DNA of 61,422 nucleotides, the filler included, from Platydemus manokwari (taxonomy: Eukaryota): NCBI GenBank assembly GCA_037951405.1. It is 5 parts of 5 records of this genome, joined end to end, with 100 filler letters (N's around TTAATTAATTAA, not from the genome) between each part and the next. Parts side by side here need not be neighbours in the genome. Positions count along the whole stretch, not along the records: positions 33,920 to 45,936 come from JBBMOY010345559.1; positions 46,037 to 61,422 come from JBBMOY011294761.1; 3 more parts are not named here. One strand, given 5' to 3'. Positions 40,986-54,600 of the stretch are shown here, piece after piece; position 1 is the first letter of the stretch, and every line of letters begins with the position of its first letter. Below the pieces are notes generated by a model. The model searched no databases, was not told the DNA's origin, and saw nothing but the letters and a program-made list of their open reading frames with translations. Made by a program: the position numbers and the translations under genes.

Positions 40986-41937
40986 ATGGAGTATATATTT
41001 ATTACATTATTATTTGATTTGATTTATTATTTACCATTTATCATTAGATCTATTATTTCCACAATAATATTTCTACACATCTAGCACCTTCACAAATTTT
41101 GAGGCTCATTTCGATTTTTAGATAAAATATAAGAGCTCTTCAATCGAATATTTCAAGCTCATTGTTTATTTATTAAATGGTCCAGCGTCATGATTTAAAC
41201 AACTGTGTCATACTGTCGACTTTATTGAAATATTGTTGATAATCAATACTGACATCAATTTGATTATCACCATATTTTAACATGTCGATTTTTCATGAGA
41301 AATTATGTTTAATATATTGATATCTGGACTCGAGCCTTACAAAATCAAGGGAAAATAAAGCTCGTTAAGTAATTAGAAGTCTCATACCTGTTAGGTATGT
41401 GTTATTGATGTTAGATAAATCAATATCTTCTCCCAAAATAACTGTAAATAAATGTTGTTGTTTCATTGAATTGAATTTTTAAAATTATTAATGAAAAAAT
41501 GTAATTTTCTGCTAGAACTTTAGTAAACCAATTTTTATGCGTTTACTTATGTAATCTTTTAGATGATATTTTAGCTAAACCGTATTGAATTGAGGGAGTT
41601 GATTGACATCGAATGAATTGGTAGTTATGTTACGTTTGGGCCTTATTGATTTATTTGTTTTATTAAGCTTAATCCTATTTGATACCACTACTGTCTTAAT
41701 CAGTCTCTAAGAATTCTTGATCAAGGCCAGAGGTGAAATCTATCTTATATTGTTGTTCTTTCACCTCGCACAGCCTTATTGTGTGATGACAATATGTGTG
41801 GCAGTAGCGATATATTTTACTTATCCTAATTATCAATCTTAAAACTACAAATTCTATTTTAAACTGTTAACTATGCTGATTACCACAATTACAAATAATG
41901 ACTTATGATTTTTATATGAATGAAAACTAAAACGTGT

Positions 41938-42600
41938 TGTTACAAATATTTATTAATAAGACACCAATACACAAGGGCTATTTAAACAATAAAATAAAAT
42001 AAAATTACAAATGAGTTTAGAACTACAATATGCATCAAATTACACTAATAAGAAAAACCTACAACTTCCAGAATTAAGACGGTTAACAAACTCCCCCTCT
42101 CGGAGCCGAGCGGTTACCATCAAGATTTTTGAGCAACAAACTCTATAATATGAGATACAGTATATAATATAGATCCGTATTTTACAAACACGGTCTTACT
42201 TTGAATCTTCCATCAAGTGCCGGGCATATACAGGAAAATTGATCTTCAGCTCCAGTTGATCTTGAGTGCGTCGAATGATGGGAGCTCTTCAATTGATGTA
42301 ACCTCAAACAGCGATAATGACGGCAGTAACAGAATTTGTTTAAAACTTTCCGTGATGATTGAAATCACTACCTTATATAGGCAGTGAATCACTCACAAAT
42401 ATTGTCTGCGATTAAATTTAATGGGAGTGAATTTATTCACTGGTGAGAGAAATTTTCTCTGAATAAATTTATTAGGTAGAGAAAATATCTCTCGATTAAA
42501 TTTAATCAAGTGATATATTTTATTCTACTATAGAATTTTCATGCGCAGAAACAGATGGTAATTTATTTGTCGCTGTTAGTGCGCGATAACTTATTACGTA
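41938..42600 (-). mobile_element. Possible solo LTR
   Basis: On the minus strand GCCTATATAAG (about 42372-42382) precedes AATAAA...TGTAACA ending at 41938, and GC content is raised. No clean 5' TG or TSD found. Confidence 0.3.
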
Positions 42601-45600
42601 TTGATATTTTATAAATTAACTTATTATTTTTAAGGAAAATCGATGGATTTGATATTGGTAATTTTATTAGTATTATAATTTTACATATATATAAATAATA
42701 ATTATTATAAATATCAATATTTCAGAATAGTTGTTGCTCAAAAATCTAAGAGTTGAAAATCATAAAAATACATGCTGATTAAATAAAAATTAATACACAT
42801 TTTATACTTACTGTCATACAAATGTTATACACATATTTTTCAACGTAAATTAATTGTTTTAAGCAGCTAGTTGGGCCAGATTCACAACATATTCAATAAA
42901 ATATTTAAAAACAAATTAAAAGATTAACAAATATATGTCACAACGCTTAAGTAGATTTAATTAATTAACTCCATTTTACCGATTTATTTTGCCCGTTTTT
43001 CTTCTCACCCATATAATATGACCTTCATAAATGACATGCGAATCAAAAGCAATTTTAATAAAATAGTAGACATATCCAAAATAATTTGCTTTCAAAAATT
43101 ACCACAGTTACACTTTCAGTGCATATTTTCAGTGCTGAATGTTTACTGAAAAATAGCTACCGCATGTAGATGATAGAAAATAATCATTATATGTGCGCCA
43201 AGCATAAAATAAAATGATTGAGTTTCCTGATAGAGTCTTGAGGGTTTGTTATTCATATTACGATATCAGAGCAAATAAAATTACAATCGAATTCTTGGAA
43301 ATGCTTTGCCATTTTAGATTTATATTTTATTTTTGATTTACAAACACCAGTCAGTGGTACTTAAATTTTTTCAAGTATGTTGTTTAAGTTGAATTATATT
43401 GAATTAATTATAAATTTATTTTATTCATAACGTATCAATGGTTTTAAAATTAATTCTTACATTAAATATATGTTGTAATTGGATATCTTGTGTTAGCTCT
43501 CTATGGTCCCAGAGTCTTTCAGTAGCTTGTACAGGATTATGTTACCAGAGTAATAACCTTATCTAAATGTAATTTAAATATTCGAATAGATTACAACAAG
43601 ATTTTAATTCCTGTTTCAAACAAGGCTGAGCTTAATATTGTTAAACCGAAATAAATTGTGGTTATTTGTGTTCGTTAAATGAATCTATTTTTATCCTAAT
43701 CAGAAAGCAATGATAGATTGATAATATTTATTTAAGAAAAGTAAGTTAATCAGTGATAACAACAAAAAGATTTTCTCAAAATGCGTAGTCCATTGCGTGA
43801 GTGGTTACCCATGAAATAGCCATTGATAGATCTTGACATTTCTTACCATTTTTACTATGTGCTGTCAATTATTGAATTCTAAATATGGATTGATATATAG
43901 AAGGAATTTGGTTACCTAGTGGCATATGGGATTATCGAATCGCTGTGTATCAACACATTGATGGTTATTTCCATGGTTTTAGTGAATATTTCTGGCTGTT
44001 TAGTGACTTGAAAAACATATAGATATAATTGTAATTGCGAAGGCGATTTTAAGAAAATAATTTAGAAAAAATTATAATAAAATATTTAAATAAAGGGTTA
44101 CTTAAACCCATTTTTAGAATTTTGGGTTAAGTGTAAGCGTAATGCAAATTTATAGTATCAATACTATAAATCTAATAATAAATCTAATATAACATATAGC
44201 TATACAGTCAAAAAATTATCAAGACTTATATGAAACTTGAAAAAATAATCCAAACTGAAACTCATTTAATAAATTAACAATCATATCTAACCTGAGGTAT
44301 ATTAAAATAATAATACTGACAAAGCCGGAGATGACTTTTCTTCTAAGAATGAAATAAATTTCGAAAATAATTTTAGTATTTAATGTCAAACTTCCTTTTA
44401 TGATTTCAACAATAAATTAAATTCTTGTCCATAAAAATTTTAAAAAATTTCATTTCATTTTTCACAATAAAATATCTTCAAATTTTTTCGCTCACATGAA
44501 AAAAATCATTTATTTAAATTAAATATGAAAACCAGATTCAATGCAAAAAACGATTAATTAATATGATAGAAGACATTCACTTTTTTTAATAATAGTTCTA
44601 CTTTGTTTATATGCTTCAATAAATTGAAATCCTTTTAAAAATATTAGATTGAATTTAAATTAACACAATTCAGATATTAACATAAAAAAAATTAAAATAT
44701 CCTTAAATAAATTTTTACATCTTTAGGCAGGATTTCTAGATCAAATCAATAAAATACGTACAGCTTAAATAATAATCTCAAATCAAAATCTATCTGCATA
44801 TGTGAGTTTTCTGATATCAATAGCAGTATAACTCAGTTTATTTTCCATATGTAGTCGAGTTAACATAATACTCATTCCACTAATATAAAGTGCTGAATAA
44901 TTGATTCTAAAAATAGTGTTCTAATTCCAAGAAATATTTTCCATAGACAACATTTTATTTGAACCAATTCAGTTTTATCAGAACTGCATTTTAAAGAGAA
45001 AACAAAACGTTCTTATATCAAAACCAAACAAATACATTTGTTTCTATTTATCAAAAGAAATAAAAGAAAATTAACCACGAAAACAAGACGGACTGGTTTC
45101 AATTTATCAAATTAAACAAACTGTTGAGAAAAATAGATAGACACACTGACCAAACCAACTGTGATATACTAGAGATATTTAGCACGTACTAATTGAATTT
45201 CATCTCAAGAAGACCAATTCGGAGAAAAGCACCGAACAAAAAACATTAAATTGCAATTCCAATGATGCAATGTTGTCATTTTAAATCAATGCTCTATTCA
45301 GATTGAAATTAAACTTAATGAATAGTGTTTGAAGTTGTTCAATATATATGTGATGACATAGAATAAAATAGAACAATATTTTATTTGGTACAAGAACATT
45401 AGAATCAATAAAAACAATTCACGGAAACAATTAACTACATCTACTCTTCTTCGACTAAATTATCATTGGTTGGTCATTTAAACTGTTCGTTTCAATGGAG
45501 CTAAACCACATGCAAGTGTACTGACAAGATGACCACTGATGACATCTTTACTGCAGCATGGTTGAGATCCTGACATCCAGACTTTGGTCGGGGGATTGGT

Positions 45601-45936
45601 TTTACTTATGGTAGAACGTTTGGAATTGCCTGAGTGAATTTCATGGGATTTATTCCCTAATCCAGACTGCTCTTCCTTATGAATTTGCTGATAAATCAGT
45701 GCTAACAGTTGTTTATCCTGAAATGTAATATCTATTTATCTACGCCATATTTGTATATTTATCAAATGCATTTTATAAAATCAATTTTCAGACCAAGTTT
45801 ATATTATAAAGTAATTATTAAATTTACATTGATAATACATTATATAATTTGGGTTTTATCTTCTTTATTTATATTAAAAGATTATGTGCATTGAAAATTT
45901 TATTTCAAATAAAATTCTTTGTTCAACATTAACTTT

Positions 45937-46036
45937 NNNNNNNNNNNNNNNNNNNNNNNNNNNNNNNNNNNNNNNNNNNNTTAATTAATTAANNNNNNNN
46001 NNNNNNNNNNNNNNNNNNNNNNNNNNNNNNNNNNNN
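45937..46036. other. Assembly spacer
   Basis: N44-TTAATTAATTAA-N44. Confidence 0.99.
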
Positions 46037-46808
46037 GGGTTCTACTAAACGTCTACGATATAGAAAATTCCGATTGTATTTCTCATCTTCTACTTTTCTA
46101 CTGAAAAAAGTTGTGTCATAAAAAATTATAATGTAGTCTTTATATTCATTTTGATTAACATATAAAAATTATTATAGATTGTGATGCAGAAAACAATAAA
46201 TAATAAAATAGAGAGTCTATGAATTTGGCCTTCGTTATGTATTTGCTATGTTTAACTTTTGAAGAAACATTAATATTATCCGTTAAGTTTGCATAAATTA
46301 TGGAATACTTTTATATATTATAAAAATTATTTACAAAAATTGTACATTAGGTAATAATCCTCATGGTAGAGATCAAGAAGGTAGTAAACATAGATAAATA
46401 GTTATATCATTCATAAAGTATCAAGTTTCATAAAAATTTACAATTTCCATGTAATTTTTTAACAAATTTATTTCTTAATATGTGTAGCTTATTTGTGTTA
46501 TTTAGGGAGTATGAGATGTTTATTTAATTATATGAATATTTAAATTCTAGAATTTAAATAATTGGAAAAAATTTCAAAATATTAATATTGCTAATATAGA
46601 TTTTTTTTCTGAAAAATTAAATCAATAAATTTATCTGGTGATTATTTGATATTCAATATTTATCATTTAATTTTCATTTATTATCACCTATTTTCCTTAC
46701 AAAAAATTAAATATCATTTTGGATTCACTAATCGATATTTTCTAGTTTTTGAATCGATAGAAAGCATTGACCGCTTACTACTTATCTGGGATTCAACCAA
46801 TCCATAAA

Positions 46809-46827
46809 CCACTTGAGTCGCAAGTGG
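46809..46827. promoter_or_regulatory. Inverted pair of NK2-class homeodomain sites CCACTTG-agtcg-CAAGTGG, about 590 bp upstream of the NK2.1 ATG
   Basis: Perfect 7-bp inverted repeat of the CAAGTG core, flanked by CCAAT motifs (about 46797 and 46843). Confidence 0.5.
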
Positions 46828-47414
46828 CTCTTCTGCATTTTAATTGGACTACAAGGCAGCAGTAATTATTATGTACTACATTCCCAAATTTGATTCATTA
46901 TTAATTTATTTGAAAATTATTCCTTAGACAACAGTAGATATGCATGAAAGACAAAATAATACCTGTGACAAAATGATTGTATGTGGGTAGAAATTTTAAA
47001 GTATGCTAACCGATGAAATTACAACTTGGTTACGGACTTTCATGGTAAAAGCTGTAAATAAATCTTGTGTATGTCTCCGTAGAAGTAAGTATGCAATGAG
47101 AAGACACACAAACCTAAGTAACTAGTGAGTTGAAAAAAATACAAATAATCAGTCAAGCACGATAAAATCAGCACCAATAAATGCAACCAGATAACACTTG
47201 GTACTTAATAACTCAACTCAGGACTAGATAGTTATTAATTCAGCTTTGCCTTTAAAGTTGCTACTCAAGTATCTGCGATAGGTATTCACAATCATCTATT
47301 TGAATACCACTTAACACACTCTGTGAGAACCTTCATTATCTAAACTGGTACTAGGAGAAGTACTACTTGAAGACTACTCAATCTACTGAGACACCCATCA
47401 TTCACAAAGCTGTC

Positions 47415-48605
47415 ATGAGTGGTATTCCAGGACTTGCTGGAATGTCCTCAATGTCACCATATTCTGCTTATGCTGCATTAACTCAACACACTGGAGTTAG
47501 CTCGGGCTCCTCACCTTTTGGATCCCAATATTGTTCTAGTGTTAATGATTTCAATCCATATTCCGACCCAAGAGGGAGTAACACATGGTATGGTATGGCG
47601 GCTTCAGCGAATTCAAGTAATGATCCCCGTATGGCGAGTATGTCAGTAAAGTAATATTTAAAATTTATTTTATATATAGTGTCTCGATTAATGGGCTCTG
47701 CGGCAGCTGCCGCAACGAATAGTATGTCAGCTTATTCCGGGATATCAGCAAATTTTCATCAAGGTATGCATTCTGCTATGGGAATGGCATCACTAGGAGC
47801 AAATAATTATGATCACCAGAAAGCTGCAATGCAATTCACTAATATATCACAACGTCGAAAAAGAAGAATTCTATTTAGTCAAGCTCAAATCTATGAGCTA
47901 GAACGTAGATTTAAGCAGCAAAAATATCTGTCAGCACCTGAAAGAGAACATCTAGCTAATTTAATAAATCTTACACCGACTCAAGTAATAGCATTATTAA
48001 TAAAATCATATCATAGATAATTTTTACTTCAGGTAAAAATTTGGTTTCAAAATCATCGTTATAAATGCAAACGATCTCAAAAAGATAAAGAAAAGGAGCA
48101 ACAAAAAGAAAAATCATCTTCGTATCATCAGAAAAAACCCATTATTGACGAAAAAGAGCGATCTCCCAACAAGCAAACGTGTAATGATTCTTGTTCTCCT
48201 GATCGTAGTACACCAGAAGACAATTTAATAAAATCTAAAGAAAGTGGATTGGATTTTAGTAATCACAAGATTGATAATCTTAATTTGAAAACCGAAGCTG
48301 ACCTAGAACCTAAATCATCTTTATACCCAATCCTACCGTCATATTTGTCTAATTCGTATCCGCAACAAAGCCAGACAGATACTCAAGCATCTCCTGCAAT
48401 CAATAGCGTCCTTGGGCCTAATCTTTTCCCTGAAAGAAAATCAACACCTTTAATGGGGCCATTAAGTAGCTATTCATTCGGTCAATCAATGGATTCAATT
48501 TCAAGCTTCTATTCACCTGATTTTTCATTATATAATTGTGCCCACCCTTATATGGCCGCCAGTTCTTCGTACTTTATGAATGCAGCAGCAAGACCTTGGA
48601 ATTAA
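47415..48605 (+). CDS. nkx2.1: NK2.1-class homeobox transcription factor (Nkx2.1/TTF-1/scarecrow orthologue; planarian Dth-2-like); exons 47415-47637, 47680-47984, 48033-48605; 366 aa
   Basis: Homeodomain [44 protein letters not shown]|[14 protein letters not shown] (Tyr54) split by a 48-bp intron. The NK2.1-type WYG....NDPR..(M)SRLMG motif spans a 42-bp intron. Trp near the C-terminus. Confidence 0.95.
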
Positions 48606-51600
48606 AAATGTAGTCACTGAGAATATTTAAAATTCATTTATTGTTAAATTTTTGTGCAAATAGATTTAATTTCTTTTAAATTTTCTCGGAGGATAAATAA
48701 AGTGTTTAAATTTTCATTAATAAATGAGTGGTAGTTTTTAATGTTCATTTTTATTTTTAATAAATTAATGTTATAAACGTATTTTAAAGTGTGTTTTCAT
48801 TACATAATTTTTCATTTTTACTAAAAATTGCGTATGTATAATATAAGAATATCCCGATACTGTTACTCTTAATGTCACTTAACGGTTAAAAAAGAAATTA
48901 TTAATTGTGTTGTAAGTTACAATACATTTTTCCTGGCAGACGTTTTGCACACATCAATGTCATCATTGGCGCCGATACGCTTAGTGATTTTTAAAGATGA
49001 TGCAGCAGACTTTGTAATACAAATCAATTAACAATAAGATACACCAACACTCCTAAAACTTTGAACCTGCTACATACAGAGATTTTTAATATGCCAATTA
49101 TAAAGTAAGAGACCATGAATGCATCACTTATTCTCACGCTTAACTTCAGTGCTTAAATATGTCTTCGCTTTGTAATAAATTTTTATTTGTTTAAGGTTGA
49201 CCATAATATTAAAGTTTTATTCAATTCCATATTACAGGTGAAATATCCAAATGTTTTTGGAATGTTAAGAAAATATTTAAATTATAAAACTTAATACATG
49301 GAGAAGCATTGCAAGGTATTTTTTTTTAAAAGATTTAAGACCTAAGATTGAGTTATGTTAACGTGGTCAAAATCACATATTTTTTTTCGAAAGGAACAAA
49401 ATGACATATTGTGCTAGAAGATGGGACGTTTGAGTTCTGTACAAATTCTTAATTTTATGGTTTAAAAATCATAGCAAATATTGATTGTCCATACAATCTA
49501 TTAAAAAAATACACAGCATCATCCAAAAAATACAGTTTATTTTAAATTGACAAGTACTTTTTTCAATAAAAGCAAGCATGGCGACCGTTTTTCTCTAACG
49601 AAAAAGATTTGATAATTATATACATAATAATACTCAATCAAGTTCCGATGATTGTTATTAATAAATGATTAATAACTCATATTCTAAAGTTTAAAGTATA
49701 AAAGTATACCTTGCCCAATGTTTTCTAATTGTTCTTTTGGTTTTTAGTTTCTAAATATATCCATTTACATGGTTAAGTAAATAAGGATTCATTAAATAAC
49801 TCCTGCTTCCAAAAATGTATTTATTAATTTATCAGGTAATCATTAAAAATGTATTTCGATCGAAAGAATTCTTGTGCCAATAAATTATTTTAGCTTATTT
49901 CAATTTGCGAAAATTTAATATTTTATGCTTTATTTTGAGTTCCAATAGATTTAATTCATTTATAATTTTGTTTTCAGAATTAATTGCGTAAATTGACATA
50001 GATTTGACAAAATTATTATCGTTATTTTTAAGAGTTTAGTGGTTAATACCCATTATTTCTATTAACAGTCTTGTAGAAATCACTGAAATTTTATAATAAA
50101 ATTTAATAATTAAAATTAATCGATGTCAAAAACATTTTTGAAAATAAGGTAAAATATACTATAAAATTATTGTTACATAAAACAGTGTTATAATCAAAAG
50201 CTATTCCAAATTTTTAAATCAAATTCAATGTTGAAAATTTTTAAACTAAGTTCTAAATCAATAATACAACGTTAAATTTATTTAATATTGACTACGAAAT
50301 ATATTACGAAGACTTACTAACCAATTTAAATAACAAGAATTAGTTGAAGAGTGTTGTAATATTAATATAAAATCAAAGAAACAATTTCAAAATTACTTCA
50401 GTTTTTATGTGAAGCTCTTAAAATATTAAAATATTGAATAAATTACTACTTTTGAAAGAAAAAAATAAAATATTTTGAGAAAGTAGCAAAGTCAAGTATT
50501 GTTAATTGTGATTACCGAGATCAAAACATAAATCACATTTTATATTTATTCCATTGATTTTACTACTACAGTATTTAAAGTTGCACCTTCAAATTACATT
50601 AGTGAAATTGATCCAAAAATCTTCAATAATTTTCTGTTTTGCTTTAAATGACTTTATTATATAAAAATTGTTTTTATTTTAACAGTCTAAGTATCAGACC
50701 ATCTCAGTATTTTATAAATTGACAGGTGATAAAATTTAAAATAAGTGTGTTACTTGGTCTAATTTAGAATCATATAAAGTGTGTAGTAATTTTGCTTCTA
50801 ATACGGGCTATGAGAGTACTTGAAATCATATGGAAACAGCTGATTCCCTCATTTGTCAAGACACACCCGTAGCTTTTTAAGAGAATGGAAAATCAAAAGG
50901 GCTTACAAAATATATAATTAATTAACGTAGTAATTTTCGATATTTCGTTTAAATGTTTTTAAAGAAATCAATAATTTTTGAAAATTATGATAACGAATTA
51001 ATATTTGAATTTATTGTTGTTTTTTGGTGAAAATGTAACATGATAATAATAAATTGACTAATAAATTACCGTACACATATTTAAAGTTGAACAATAAACA
51101 TTGTTCGGGTATCATAAATCATTGAACATAATAAAAGATATTTTGATTAAAATTAATTGAATAACTTGAAATGAAAAAAATAATTCAGAAAACCTTGCCA
51201 GTGGATAAATTATGAGCACATGTATGTTTAATAACAAGACCACTATAATTCGATATTGCTTAAGATATTTGACTGACATTCATTTCTGTATTCTATCTAT
51301 ATTCACACTAACCAGGCTAATTAGGCAATCAATTTATTTAATGAGAATTATAATCAATACTAAAAGCATAAAATGATTGATTTGTAAATTGAAACAAGAA
51401 ACATAATTTTGCTAAAGATAGAAATTTTTACTCAGAAAAGGGCAGAAATACATTAAGATGTTAAAATATACATCTTTGCATCATATTTATCTCAATTTTA
51501 GTTGATCAAACATACATTGTCGTAATTTCATTATATGGTATTTTAATCAATACAGTACACAGATGGATATAACTTCGTTAATTTATCACTTTCAATCAAC

Positions 51601-54600
51601 ATTTAGTATTAAATTTGTTTCTTTATGTAAGACTGTTTAATTATAATAATAGTTGGTTCTTAAATAGATCGACACTTGACTTCTATCAGAGTCCCAATCA
51701 AAAGCAGGATTATCAAGTAGATCATTAAATGACGTTGTTCTTTAGAGCATGATTTACCTTTCGATTATTGATAATTTGATTTTAAAGTAACTAAATCACA
51801 ATTTTGAATATTCCGGGATAATAGAGATCTGACACTCAGTTTACAAGTTCCTTTGAATTACTATGTCTTCTACATTGCTACTAGAGGATGATTTTATAAG
51901 TTACTTTACAAGTGACATTAACACTCAAGTCTATTTAAAAGCAATGGTTTATCAATAAATTAATTTTAAACAAATATCAATAAAATTATCATGCACTTTA
52001 CTACCACAAATTTACGTATGCTATTGTAACTAAGAATTAAATAAAAAAACTGATTTGCTAATTTCCCTGGGTGACAAAATATCAACTCCTGGTCTCCTTT
52101 TCTTAATGTAATTCTTTTTAATTTTATTGTAAATTTTAATGTAAAGATTACTCAAATTTACTTATTTTTCCTACGATTATTTCCCTAGATTTATTTTGTC
52201 ATATTTTCATCAATTAGCTAATTTATTATTATTATTTTAATATTTTTTATTAAATTTAGCAAACAACCAACGCCTTACCACTGATATAAACCATTTTTGC
52301 TATTATAATTATATTCTTTACTTTTAATATAAAATAATAATAATTAACAATTTTTATGAAAATAATTTACAAATAATTAAATTTTGTTTTTAAACATAAC
52401 TTAACAATTTTAAAATAACATTTTTATGAGGTCACTCAAAAGGAGTTCACACTTGTAGATGAGACAACACCGATTAAAGATCAAATGGTTAATTTAATGT
52501 CAATATAAGAAAATTAAAATTTTCAATTATAAAATCAATTGTTATGGTTTGTAGGTTTTTAAGATGTTCCTACATCTTACTGTTTCTCAAAAGAAAAACA
52601 AATCCTGAAAATTATTATCAAAAGGTAATTTAAATTAAAAATGTTTAGCTACATTAAACTATGATGATATTGACAATTGGAGAGCTTTAAGGGACTTACA
52701 GTTCCCCAATATGTTCACAGAAAATAAATTTCCCAAGCTTTGATCGGGAAGATGTAGAGATGTTTTCTCAAAACATTCAGTCCTGATAGGAAAGTCTTCA
52801 ATTCAGGTTGTCCTGACAATGGATCGAGAAGAAAATTAATTTTTAATATGATACATTTAATTTCAACAAATGAATGCCAAGGCATTTTTAGTATTATGAA
52901 TTACTTTTTGAGATCCAATGTGATTGAATAAAATAAAATGGGTTTAATATTTAATTTTTTTAATAAATTTAAAACTTTTTAAGAATATTTATAAGATTCA
53001 TAATTAACAATAACCATAATATAGTGTGTCTGAACACGTATTAATGTAAGTGTTTAATTAAATTAGTGATACTTGATCTAATTTAAAATAATTTAAAGTG
53101 TAAAGATTATTTGAAAATTAATTTTTTTATAATATTTATTTGTTTCTCTAAATTAATTTTAATTATAGCAACGATATATAAATTTTTGTTAAGATCAAAG
53201 AAAAAATCTCAATTTTAAAAGTTAAATGGTTTTTGACATTAAGGACTAAATATTCTTAATACAATGTATCATATTCTTATAAATCTAAACCTTCCTATTA
53301 ATAATTTGAACTTAAACACAATCAACCAGATACTAACTACTTAGAAGTTCAGGAACAGTGAGGCATTAGATAGTTTAAACACATTATTTTAGTGGTTTAT
53401 TAATATAAACAAAAATCTATCATTATATTCTCAAATCAAAATTTACCATGTATTTGATATTATATAAATGATGCCATGTTTTTTTAATGATTGTATTTTA
53501 ATAAGTAATTCCAGAAGATTCGTTTATGTGTACAATAATTGTTACTTTGTTTATATATGATTAAATATCGTTGTGCCCTGAGGACATTTAATGGCAAAAC
53601 ATTTTCATTCTGATTTGAAAATTATCATGCTATTCTTTATATTCATCAAAGCCAAAAATTATTATGAAAACGAATTAAATTAATTTATGTTAAGATCAAG
53701 CTTTAAAATATGGCATAATTTATTATTGCTTATCGTGGTTCGGTTTATGGACTTCAATCTTTTTATTGTTGTGTTTGGGATCTATATTGATTTTTATTAT
53801 TACAACAATCACTATTATTTTTGGAATATTTGAGCAATGTCCGAGTCTTATCAGTACTCTGGAATTCTAAAGACTCACGGATTAAAGTGGACCTGATATT
53901 ATGATGTTCTTTCCCCTCGATCAATTCCAATCCATGTATGAAGACAAAATGAGTGGCTCTAGACAGTGCTTTATTGAAATTATTATTATTTATCAAACCT
54001 TTAACTCCTAACTTTCTCTACAGTTCTTTACCAAACAATGAGATGATTCTGAAAGTGATCTTATCTAATGAAATGATGTGAGACCTTAAATCACTTGTCA
54101 ATTGCATTAGTAAACCAATGATATGTTTTGAATACATGTTTATTATTATGAGATCAATTACAAATTTAAAATTGTACTTTTTACAAATAGTTGTATATAC
54201 TTAAGCGGACAGAATAGTTATACAACTTCTGGAAAAGCCAATGATCAAACCCTATAAATAGAAATAAATTCGATTAATAATGTAAATTGTTGATGATTTT
54301 ACACTTAACAAATCTTACTAATCTTCCTATTGTGATGAACTTGAAATCTTCACGAACTATATCAAAATTAATCGTTATCTTTCAGTTAAACTACTGGGCA
54401 TATAATTTTCGAAGATTCGAAGAAAAGGCTGGCCGATCAAATTATGGGCTTCGGTTTATGTAATTTCGAAATTAAGACAAGGCTACTCTGTGCTGAGTCC
54501 ATCTACCATTTAATGGTATTTTCTATATTAATAGGGGCGTATTATTTTATTTCAATTTTATTGTATAAAAATATGGGGGTTTCAATTGAAATTATATTTA

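Noticed and set aside
52680-52840. GC-richer segment with a minus-strand GTAAGT donor-like site
   Set aside because: The frame I could read contains a stop, and I found no partner exons or recognisable motif.
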